From Octopus vulgaris (lineage: Eukaryota): a stretch of 64,000 bases of DNA. The translations under genes were made by a program, and so were the position numbers. Positions within the stretch are counted from its first letter, which is position 1. Each line of letters starts with the position of its first letter. The notes under the pieces are model-generated. The model made no database searches. It worked only from the letters and a program-made list of their open reading frames with translations, and had not been told where the DNA came from. This document shows, piece by piece, positions 52,675-64,000 of this stretch. The stretch is from NCBI GenBank assembly GCA_951406725.2, contig OX597815.1, positions 127,968,001 to 128,032,000 on the forward strand, given 5' to 3'.

Positions 52675-53110
52675 ATTACTGGGACTGTCTTAAAGCACTG
52701 AAATTCTATTCTCTCCAGCACCGCTGTGAGTGATACATCATTTGCATGATATGGAGAATATACCTCCAGCATTGCTCAAATGGTCTCAACATAAGTTTCA
52801 GAATTCATCCAAGCCTAGGACCACAGGCCATACATTCCCTACCCAATTCAAGATCACAACACTTAAATACACTGCAACACAATTTTTTATCCTCAACAGG
52901 CCCCGCCCTATTTAATTTTGTTCCAAAACAGATCAAAGAAGAAAAGGATCCCATCACCTTTAAATAGAATGTGGATAAAATTTCTTCAAGGGATACCAGA
53001 TAAGCTGTCTATACCTGGATACAACTCAATCAACAAGAAATCTCTACTTGAGTGGGCCATGATACCACAAAACTTGACATAAAAAAAGGATTTAACAAAT
53101 CATATCAGGA
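52675..53110 (+). mobile_element. CR1-type LINE 3' end
   Basis: YWDCLKALKFYSLQHR...IWRI...GPALFNFVPKQIK. Confidence 0.7.
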
Positions 53111-53187
53111 CCAATCTTTGATCAAAACATATTTAAGTCATCTAAATTTTATATATATACATATATATATATATGTATATATATATA

Positions 53188-53253
<66 letters not shown>

Positions 53254-53497
53254 AAATTAGAAAATGGAGAAACATACTTAAATCAATCTGATTTAAGTAT
53301 GTTTCTCCATTTTCTAATTTTGTATTATTAATTTACGGTAATATTTTTACCCTTGCCCACATAATACAGTAGATGAATTAATTGCATGGCAATTTTTAAC
53401 ATTTATGTATTAGTCTTGTTGGGTACCTCTCTAGCAGTATATTGGATATATGTTATCCCATGGTGGGTTGAATTTTCAACCCCTATCTCATTTTATA

Positions 53498-53562
<65 letters not shown>

Positions 53563-53750
53563 CATATATATACATATATATATATGTATATATATGTATG
53601 TATGTATATATGTATATATATATATATGTATATATATGTGTGTGTATATATATAAATCATCGACAATGATGATGATATATATATATATATTTATGTATAT
53701 ATATATAAATCATTGACAATGATGATGATGATGATATATATATTTATATA

Positions 53751-53790
<40 letters not shown>

Positions 53791-53819
53791 CACACAAAGA
53801 CACACACATGTATATAGAA

Positions 53820-54726
53820 ATTGGCACTCTTTATGCAGCTGTCTTCATCCATATGATGCATCACATAACTATACCAGTGCAATCTTCTCTCTTGCACACT
53901 ACCTTTGATACCTCCTATACCCAGTTTTCCTCTTCAATCATTTACACTCTTGTCATATGTACACACTAATATTACACATCCAGCAGAGCATACTGGCTTC
54001 ATTTCTTTCAAGCCTTCACTTGTCCTCTGTAGCCATAGTCCATGCTTGACTACCATGTAGCATAGGTTGGACTCCACAATGAGGGGTCTTATCGGAATGC
54101 TCTGCTAAAGAACCTCCCTGTACCTGTACCTCTTGCCGCATCTAAGACCGCGGTTTCTGCTACCCATGAAGTTATTGCCATTGGGGTGCCAGAAGACATG
54201 GCTGATCTTCAGGCATTTGCTGCCAATTCATCTCCATGTGTCTAACACACGTGGACATGCCTACAAAGTCAGAAAACAACACAGCTCCCATGACTTTCGG
54301 AAACATTTTTTCACGCTCAGAGTTGCTGAAGCTTGGAATAAACTGCCTGCATCAGTTGTTGACTGCCATGACACTGTATCCTTTAAGGCCCTCATGCTTT
54401 CCGAAATCCGCCGAAACTACACCTGATTATATATACACTTTAGATGAGTTGTAGTGCACCTGAGCACTGTACACAATTATTATTATTATTATTATTATTA
54501 TTATAGCTGTACATACACAGGCATCATACAATCAACTTTTCCATGTGAAGGAGAGGCCCATTGTTACCAACAAGGTAATAACTCTCTGAACTTTGCCCAG
54601 CCCATTCTTATTCTAGGATCTACACGTTAGAGCATCTATCTCTACTGCTAACTTGATCTCCAAGGAAATAGAAGCTATCTACTACTTCTAAGGATCCTCC
54701 CAAGCATTTCATGAAGTCTATTCTCC

Positions 54727-54795
<69 letters not shown>

Positions 54796-56640
54796 AATTA
54801 TTGTATACAGTGCTCAGGTGCACCACAGCTTGTCAGAAAGTGCGTATAGAGTATATGCAGTAATGTACAAATGTCTGGAAAGTGAACAATGTATGAGTCA
54901 GATACATGCTTGTGTGTGTATGGAGGGGAGAAAATCAGGTGTAGTGTTGACGAATCTCAGAATGCATGGAAGTTTTGAAGGATGCAGTGCTCCGACAACT
55001 AACAACTGATGCCGGCAGTTTGTTCCATGCTTCAGCAACTCTCAGCATGGTGTTTGTTGTACTCACACATTTTCCACACACAAAGACTATTTTCTCTGTT
55101 AACCTCTCTGTAATACTGCTGCACTTCTTATGTATCCAAAGCTAGCACTGGGTATAACATATGGAGTTTCTACCAAGACCCTTCTTACATATCAAGCAGG
55201 GTCATCTCCCTGAAGTAATTTGAGATTTGTTTGTTTTCCTACTTATTAGGACTTTGGTCCTTGCTAAATTAATTCTAAGGCCCTAAGATTCCAGGCCTTG
55301 CTTATATACCTGAAATTTCTTTTCTAGGTCAGGTAGTGATTTAGCTATAAAAACAAGGTCATCAGTGTAAAGGATGTCTCAAAGGCAGCTGGTCTTAAAT
55401 TCCTTTGTTATGGCCTGGAGGACAATACTAACAAAAAGATGATGATGAACTCCTACTGGTGAAATTCTACTTGTACACTGAATTCATTGCTATACTCATT
55501 GCTGACCTTCACCTTAATAGCAGCACCCTCTGTACATAACTTGTACAACAACTCTTACCACTATCTTTCTGCCTTGACCACCAGATAAGGGAGTAGGAGA
55601 TCCTGTCAAAGGCTTTCTCAGTGTCAACAAAAGCCAAGTAAAATTGTTTATTTTTGGCGAAGCTACTTCTCCTGAAGTTGCCTTACCTGGAATATAGCAT
55701 CAGTTTTACTTCTTCCTGGCACAAAACCAAACTGCATCTCATCTAGGCTAACTCTTTTCCTCATTAGTTGAACTATAACCCTCTCTATAAATTTTACCAC
55801 CCAGTCTAATAATTTGATACCTCAGTAATTATTTCAGTCTAAGATGTCATTCTTAGCTTTGCAGCAGTTGACTATGATACTGCTACACAAGTCTTTGGGT
55901 ATAACTCCTTTATGGACAACTTGATTAACTATATAGGGGACTTGGCTACATTCCACTCCGCCAGATATTTTAAGCATCTCAGCAGTGATTCCTGAGGGCT
56001 AGGGGCTTTTCCTGTATTTATATCCTTAATTGCTTTATCTACCAAGCTACTGTCTATTCGGATGGCTGGTTCCTCAGCTGGATCTATATTAGGCACACTT
56101 TTCTTTTCCCATGCATTCTCTGTATTTGATAACCTTCCAAATTTCTTTCTTTGTAGAATTACTAACTGCAAGTGAACCATCATCCATGTTGACACACTTC
56201 TCTCCTACAATGTCATGATTTTCTCTCACATACTGTCTTGCAATTCAAAACACTTCAAGCTTCTGGTCCGGCTATCACAGAACTTCTTCCTTTCTGTTTC
56301 TCCTCTGGCTAAATATACCTGTCTCCTAACCTCCCTTCTAGCTGACTGAAATAGTTCCATGCTACCACCACACTTTCAATACTTTCAGGCCCTTTTCTTC
56401 ACTCTAATGGCCCTGTCAACTACACTGTTCCACCACCATGTCACCTTAGGTCTAGGAGAGATCTTGCATCAGCCAGATTTCGTCAGTAGCCCTCAGCAAG
56501 TTGTCCAATAGGAACCTCCAGTTGTCTACCTCATATGTGACTGTATCCTCCTCTTTTCCATCTAATGCTTCAAGTAACACATCTCTAAATTTCTGACCAT
56601 TTAGAGCGTCCTTAAGCTTCTGGACCTTTCTTTATCACAC
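53820..56640 (-). mobile_element. Decayed RTE LINE interrupted by two CR1-type 3' ends
   Basis: RT remnants (GKAPSP, QFGF, FVD.EKAFD, YTDDL) and QERRLHWY. Insertions at 54066-54503 (plus; RGHAYK...FFTLRVAEAWNKLP, (ATT)n tail) and 54728-55047 (minus). Confidence 0.8.
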
Positions 56641-56874
56641 TGCAAATGCCTAAGCCAATATAGCTAAGACTAAAGTCTTAGTAAGTAGAAAAAGTGACAA
56701 ATCACAAGCTATGGACACATAAGAGGTGCAGCAGTATCAGAGAAAGTTTAACAGAAAAAGTAGTCTTCATATGTGGCCGGTGTATAGGTACAATAAATAC
56801 TAGTAATGTACAGAAAACAGACTTCATCAAATGCCCATCAAGATAGACAGATAGAAGGACAGATAGACAGACAA

Positions 56875-56875
<1 letters not shown>

Positions 56876-56950
<75 letters not shown>
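56876..56950. repeat. (GATA)n microsatellite
   Basis: Direct reading. Confidence 0.95.
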
Positions 56951-57144
56951 ATAGACAGATGTATCATTAGCATAACTAAGGGGGAGGGGGCATCCCTGCT
57001 GGTACTTTTATGGAGGTGGTACTTTTATGGGGGCAGTACCACTTTTGGGTCTGCTGTAGGCAATATGTATTTTTTTGTTGGGGCCCAAGGTTGCAAACTG
57101 AAGAATTGCCCCAGCTGACACACTCAAGCTACACTAGTGATATG

Positions 57145-57180
<36 letters not shown>

Positions 57181-57722
57181 TGTATGTATGTATGTATGTA
57201 TGTATTTACATGTATACATGTATGTGTATGAATCATGGTTGTGTGGTAAAGAAGGTCAGTTTACAGCCACATAGGTTCAGGTTCAGTCCCATGGCTCAGT
57301 ACTATATCTCCAGGAAATCTAATGCCTTGTAAACAAATCTGATAGACAGAAACTGTATGAAATCCATCATGTGTATGTATGTAAACCCATCATGTGTAGG
57401 TGCGTGTGTGTGTGTGTGTGTGTGTGTGTCCTGCTCCCACTGCTTGACAACCAATTTTGCTTTGTTAGCAACCCTGTAAGTTAGTGGTTCTACAAAAAGA
57501 AACCAATGGAATAAGTACCAGATCTAAAAACTAAATAATGACTGCCTCAGTATAGCTACAATCTCATATGACTAAAATAAATTAAAGATAAAAGATGTGT
57601 GTGTGTAGATCGTCAGCAAATTATAAATCCCAAATGGAAGCACACTCTACGTTATAGAACAGTAGAGTAACCCCACAGACCAGCCATGTCTATTTCTCTC
57701 TCTCACCTACAGTGGGTGGGTG

Positions 57723-57822
57723 NNNNNNNNNNNNNNNNNNNNNNNNNNNNNNNNNNNNNNNNNNNNNNNNNNNNNNNNNNNNNNNNNNNNNNNNNNNNNN
57801 NNNNNNNNNNNNNNNNNNNNNN
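57723..57822. other. Assembly gap (100 N)
   Basis: Run of N characters. Confidence 0.99.
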
Positions 57823-59315
57823 AGGCCTTAAGGGACTACGAAGCGGTGGCAGGAGTGAAAGTCAACTGGAATAAATCGGTCGGCTTGCAACTCGGCACCT
57901 GGAGGGGCAAGTCGATGTCTTCCGACAGCGTCGTAGGACGTTGGACGGAAGGGCCGGTGAAAATGTTTGGATTCTGGTTAGGTCCAGATCTCCAGAAAGA
58001 GAAGAATTGGAGCGAGGTGGTGAAAAAAGTGGCTCTCCTAACTCAGACCTGGTCTGAGCGGAAGCTGTCCTTGAAAGGGAGAGCGGAGGTTGCAGAGGTG
58101 TTTATTGCCTCTGTAATCACTTACCGCCTGACCGTTGTGCCTTGCCGCGATTCGTGGCTGAACAAGCTGGAACACATGCTCTTTCACTTTTTGTGGAGGG
58201 GCAGCAGACCTCTTGTAAGGTGCTCTATTTGCTGCCAAAAGCCACTGAAGGGTGGGTTAGGGATGCTGTGGCTAAAAATGCGCTCAGGCTTAGGCACCTC
58301 TGGCTTTACCTGGACGGTGAGCAAGTGTGGTCTCCATTCGTCAAGCTGTTATTTCCACAGTTCACATCGTTTACCAAACTGAATCCATGGATCAAGTGTA
58401 GACCGAGGTTGGGCGTGTGGCATGTAGAGTGCCATCAGGCACTCGTGCTTCTCTCCCAGTCGGGCAACGCGGGGGTAGTACCTCGTTCTTCTATAGAGGG
58501 TTAGTAGAGTTTAAGTGTGACGACGTCCTGGGAGAAACCCTGGGCTTCGACGAAAATCAACTGGCCAGCCTGTTCCAAAGAACATTCAGTCCGGGGCCTA
58601 TGGATAATTACCAAAAGTCCCTGGCCTGGCAATGTTACAGAGGAACTTTACCGGTTCGAGATAAGCTCTTTAGATATGGGTGTGCACCTTCGCCAGTTTG
58701 TGCAAGATGTGAGAGGGACAGTGAAACTGTTCTGCACATGATTGTGCAATGCCCCAAGGTGACTGAACTCTGGGCTTATGTCGAACACCTGCTGTCGCAT
58801 TTGACAAGAGTACAACTGTCGAGCGAATCTGTAATTAAGATAGTTCCGCCGACCTCCCTGAATAGGGAAGAGCGAGCCTGTTTTCTCTCGGTAGTTGCTG
58901 TGACGAAAGAAGTAGTATGGAGGACGAGAGTAAAAGGAATTGCAACAGGCATGTTTATCTCCAGTCTCGAGCTAATCGACTTTTTCATTTTCCACATGAA
59001 ATGGAAAATAAGGCTGGAGAAGAAATGCCAAAGTGTGTTTCGTAAAAGATGGAAGTCTATAGCAAGTATGTTGCGAGTGAAAGAACCTGTTTAATCGAGA
59101 ATGTAAAAAAGGAGAAAGCAAAGTCTTCAGTGTGAGTATGTGGTTTGTGGGGTCAACCACGTCCTCCGTTTCATTTTTTGTTATTCACTCATTCTCATTT
59201 AATTGTATATATTTTAATTGTTTGTTTATTCATATGTTTCGTCTCATTCGATACCCTGACCTCAACGTTTGTTTTGTCCCCTCTTTTTCTCAACCTTATG
59301 GTGAATAAAGAAATA
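57823..59315 (+). mobile_element. Tx1-clade LINE 3' half
   Basis: GVKVNWNKS, LSLKGRAEV, KGGLG, zf-RVT CARC...ETVLHMIVQC; AATAAA at about 59304 followed by (TC)n. Confidence 0.9.
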
Positions 59316-59358
59316 CTCTCTCTCTCTCTTTCTGTCTGTCTGTCTCTCTGTCTCTCTT

Positions 59359-59397
<39 letters not shown>

Positions 59398-60322
59398 GGC
59401 AGTTTGTCTGTCTGTCTGTCTGTGTGTCTGTCAGGTTGTACCCTCACCCTGACCACGGCTTTCAACCGATTCTGATGAAACTTGACACACACATAGCCCT
59501 ATATCATAATTCAAAACTAATGCAGCAAAAATTTTGAAAAGTTCCCCCAGTTCTGAAAAAAATTGATAAATTCGACATGGGGTCGAGAATCAGAAACACA
59601 AACCACAGACTGTCTAGGGGGCGCAACTCGACCTTTTTAACTCTCAACTCCATCAATATCCAGCTACTTGAAGCTATTCCTGGTGATGTCCACGTCTACA
59701 AATCTATTGATAGGACAGCAGACCCCGCCGAGCTTGCCGATTATCCTGTTGAATTCCTGAATTCACTTGAACCGCCAGGCCTGCCGCCACACATCCTGAA
59801 GTTAAAAGTCGGTGTGTCCATTATGCTCATCAGGAATTTGGTTCCACCTAAACAGTGCAACGGCACACGTCTGGTTGTGAAACATTTGCCACCACATTTA
59901 ATAACGGCCACAATACTTACCGGCTGTGGGAAGGGAGAGGACGTCTTCATTCCACGCATGCACCTTCAACCGTCGGGCGCTGACCTACCAATACACTTCA
60001 GGCATTCTCAGTTTCCTGTTAAACTCTGCTTTGCAATGTCCATCAATAAATCCCGAGGCCAAACGCTACAAGTCGCTGGATTACAGTTGGGTGAACAGTG
60101 CTTCGCCCACGGTCAACTCTACGTGGGCTGTTCACGCGTTGGGAGGCGCAATGATGTTTTCATGTTTTCGCCCAAAGGGACAGCTAGGAACATCGTATAC
60201 ACAGAAGTATTCGAGTGAAGAGAAGACCTACACATGCGCCTAGAGGGAAAGGACTAGATTGGGATTAGTCGTTGCCTACTAGGGATTCTTACATACCCAG
60301 ACAACGCCAGGCTATGCTGCTA

Positions 60323-60323
<1 letters not shown>
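59359..60323 (+). mobile_element. Helitron derivative with PIF1-like helicase C-terminus
   Basis: EFLNSLEPPGLPPHILKLKVG, CNGTRL, QFPVKLCFAMSINKSRGQTL, HGQLYVGCSRV; 3' hairpin plus CTAG|T. Confidence 0.95.
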
Positions 60324-60365
<42 letters not shown>

Positions 60366-60592
60366 GAAATATTATTATTTTTAAATCTCTCTAAAGGAGA
60401 CTGTAGATATTAATACTGGATATTAATAGTTATCACCAAGCTAACATGGCAGTCCAGAAAAATAGGACAAATCCTGCCATTCATTAGCTCCAAGAGGCCA
60501 TCGCCTCTAGCTAGCTATATAACACACAAACCTGAGTTCATTACAACCTTTGAACAGGGGAGGTCATCAGCTTCCCCATGCTGGTTCAAGCA

Positions 60593-60635
60593 TCTACAGA
60601 CTAGTTTCGAGGTATTTGCCCCTTATCAATGTGGA
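60593..60635 (-). ncRNA. Hammerhead-like motif with U3-A8 core
   Basis: Reverse complement reads TCCACA TTGATAA GGGG caaata CCTC GAAA CTAG TC TGTAGA. Confidence 0.6.
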
Positions 60636-60764
60636 GTAGCCAAACACAGCAGGCGTCACTGTTGAATATCTGTTCGAAGGTTTATATATATTCAGTGGAA
60701 CACATCTACTGGTTTTCAAAAATAGAAAATATTATGTTATATATATATATATATATATATATAT

Positions 60765-61355
60765 CATCATCATCATCATCGTTTAATGTCCATTTTCCAT
60801 GCTAGCATGGGTTGGACGGTTTGACCAGTGTCTGGGAAGCTAGGAGGCTGCACCAGGCTCCAGTCTGATCTAACACCAACCACTCCATGAGTATAGTGGG
60901 TGCTTTTTACATGCCACTGGCACAGGTGCCAGGGGAGGCTGGCAGCACCACAATCGGTTGGTGCTTTTTACATGCCACCGGCACGGAAGCCAGTCAAGGT
61001 GGTGCTGGCATCGGCCACGTTTGGATGGTGCTTTTTACATGCCACTGGCATAGGTATCACAACTACAATTTCCATTTAATTTTTTTATTTTGATTTTGAT
61101 GTACTTGACTCAATAGGTCTCCTCAAGCACAGCAGGTCGCCTTTCGATCCAAGGTAAGCACAGCAACCGTTCTGCGATCCAAGGTACTTTGGATGGGCTG
61201 GGGCTGCTATGTGAAACTGGTGCAGGAAACAGCCATGAATTCACGTTATTTGTCAGGTCTTCGCAGTCACAGCATATCTCCAGAGATCTCAGTCTTTCGT
61301 CATCGCCTCTGTGAGGCCTGACATCTGAAGGTCATGCTTGACCACCTCATCGCAT
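60765..61355 (-). mobile_element. RTE 3' UTR fragment with (ATG)n tail
   Basis: Matches 48950-49260 plus 50617-50885 in reverse orientation. Confidence 0.75.
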
Positions 61356-61363
61356 GTCTACCC

Positions 61364-61411
<48 letters not shown>

Positions 61412-62907
61412 ACACACACACAAACTCACACTCACACTTAGCAGCTATGTTGAGGAATAGCATTAGAAATCTCTTAAGTTCACTTTCAATTTTAATTTCT
61501 TTTGATGACATGTCAAAATTTTCAATGCATAATTTCAATTTAGTCAGTCACACAGTACTTCGGCAATTATGATGATGATGATGATGATGATAACAAGAAA
61601 AGATATAAAAATATATTAAAACATGACATAAGAAACCCAATAAAGAGGAAAGGCAAACTGAGTCACGAAGAAAAATCTTTTATTCACAAATCTAACAGGA
61701 AGTAAAATTGATATTTTTCATGGTAGTAAGCTGCCCTCCTTTCAAACTTGCAGGCCTTGTACAAAATTAGAAAGAATATTTTTCAACAGATGAACTACCA
61801 TTTTCAATGAGAATTTATTGACATTTGCTCACCATAACTTTCAATAGCATTTAGATATATTTTTGAGATATTATTGAACCTGTGCATTCATCAATGAAAT
61901 TCTTTAAACTTCAAAATTGCTTGGAGTTTTCCATAATGTTTTTGTGCTATCAGCAGCATAATTTCAATACATTTCTCTGTATTAAACAGCATTTTTGAAT
62001 TCTGTGCAATATCTATAAAATAAATTGGAAGGACATCTGGCCATAGAAAATTTTCCTGAACAAATTCCATCTATCTCATGCAAACATGGAAGAATAGATA
62101 TACTTTTCAACTCTAGGCACAAAGCCTGAAATTTTTGGGAAGGGCGCCAGTCAATTAGCTTGACCCCAGTATACAACTGGGGCTTAATTTATCAACACCA
62201 AAATGATGAAAGGCAAAGTCGACGTTGGTGGAATTTGAACTCAGAATGTAAAGGCAGACAATGGAAAAGTAGATATTAAAATGATGAGGACAACAATGAG
62301 AAGAAAGAAGTGGAGGAGGAGGAGGAGGAGGAAGAGAAGGGGAGAAAGATGAAATAAAATAGAATCAATAAAACAAAACAAAATATTGGTTTCAAATTTT
62401 GGCACAAGGCCAGCAAATTTCAGGAAGGGGTAAGTCAATTACATCAACCGCAGGGCTCAACTGGTACTTATTTTATCAATCTCAAAAGGATGAAAGGCAA
62501 AATCAACGCTGACAGAATCTGAACTTAAAATGTAAGGGCAAACAAAATACCACTAAGTATTTTGCTCAGCATTTTAACAATTCTGCCAATTCACTACTTA
62601 AAAATAAAACAAGATATTAACAAATGTTTCACTTATTATTCGATATATTTTCTTATTCCTTTATTCTTTTACTTGTTTCAGTCATTGGACTGTGACCATG
62701 CTGGAGCACTGCCTTGAAGTGTCTACTCAGCCCAATGAAGCCTAGTATTAACTTATTTAAAGCTTGGTACTTATTTTATTAGTGTCTTTTTTTTTGTTGA
62801 ACTACAAGATTGTTTAAAAGTAAACAAGCCACACCAGTTGGGAAGCAGTATGAGACAAACACAAGCACAAACATGAACACAGCCACACACATATACATGC
62901 ACACACA

Positions 62908-62943
<36 letters not shown>

Positions 62944-62954
62944 CATGCACACTC

Positions 62955-62996
<42 letters not shown>

Positions 62997-64000
62997 AGGC
63001 AGTTTCTTCATGTCTGAAGATCATGAGTAAGTGTGGTGGCACACCCTCAAGTGGATTTATTAACTTACTCTTGACACTGCAGGACTTTTCTTCTTATCTG
63101 CACTAAATAATGAGAGCCAGCACCACCATTCTAATCCCACTCTTTATGTATGTGTGTCTGTATGCATGTGTGTGTGTATGGACTCCCTCACAAATTTTTC
63201 TCAACTAAATTCACTCAGGAAGCACTGGTCAGGCCAGAGTTCCTCATTGTCACATGGTGGGACTGAACTTGAAACCATATGGTTGTGAAGCAAAATTCTT
63301 ATCCACACAAACATAACTAGACCTATTTGTTCATGTAAAAAAGTGTACATATATTGCTGTCTTCATTTTGGTGTTTCAAAAGTAATTACTATTTTATATA
63401 CACCAGTATATAAAATGTGTATCTGTGTATATTTGTATGTTTATGCGTATGTGTATCTATATGTGTGTGTGTATCTATATGCATGTGTGTGTGTGTGAGT
63501 ACCTCAGTGTTTTTTTATTATTTATTGCTTGTTTTCATGTGCTTATATAAATATATATTTAGACAGATCCATAAGAATGTACATATCAGAACACAGGTTA
63601 TTTCAATAGCTGAGTGTTGATATAAATCAATAATAGGTGATACATTTTTATTTGAAATAATTATGAATCATTAGATTGGAATGTAGAAAATCTAAAAGAA
63701 AGTTAGATAAACCTGTTTAAAATAGTATGTAACAAAATGGATCAATAGCTCTTTATTCTGTCACTAAACAGGATATGTTTTCTTATGCCATGACAGAACT
63801 ATATGTCATACGTAAATATGTGTGTGTATAGGGGTGGGGTTATATGTCTATATATTTATTATATAGTTGTAGCAATGGCAATGTGGTGAAGAAGTTTACT
63901 TCATAAACATGAGATCTCAGGTTCAATCTCACTGCATTACACCTTGGGCAATAACCAAGTGTCTTCTACAAATATGTTGGGCCATTCAATGTTGTATGAC

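Overview
AT-rich eukaryotic genomic DNA that is almost entirely repeat-derived. The repeat spectrum (Meta-domain and tRNA-head SINEs, RTE/CR1/Tx1/Dong LINEs, Penelope-like elements, dense (TA)n/(CA)n/(ATT)n tracts) looks like a cephalopod (Octopus-type) genome; this assignment is inference. No intact host protein gene is recognisable. Decayed elements present: two Tx1/L1-clade LINEs, a near full-length RTE LINE with C-terminal C2H2 fingers, several fragments of a second RTE family with a PHD-like finger, CR1 and Dong/R4 fragments, two Penelope-like elements (Neptune-like and Naiad-like), three mosaic Helitrons, a TRIM-like LTR element, mariner/Tc1 remnants and several MITEs (one Merlin-like with an 8-bp TSD). 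The main hidden signal is about a dozen minimal type I hammerhead-ribozyme motifs from at least five sequence families. They share palindromic stem III and include U3-A8, A6U and long-stem-II variants. Most lie in small fold-back, (TA)n-embedded, Penelope-derived units. There is also a candidate TATA/CCAAT-driven two-exon transcript on the minus strand (about 22.8-23.8 kb) and a speculative chain of plus-strand micro-exons. Coordinates were counted by eye, and repeat boundaries are approximate.
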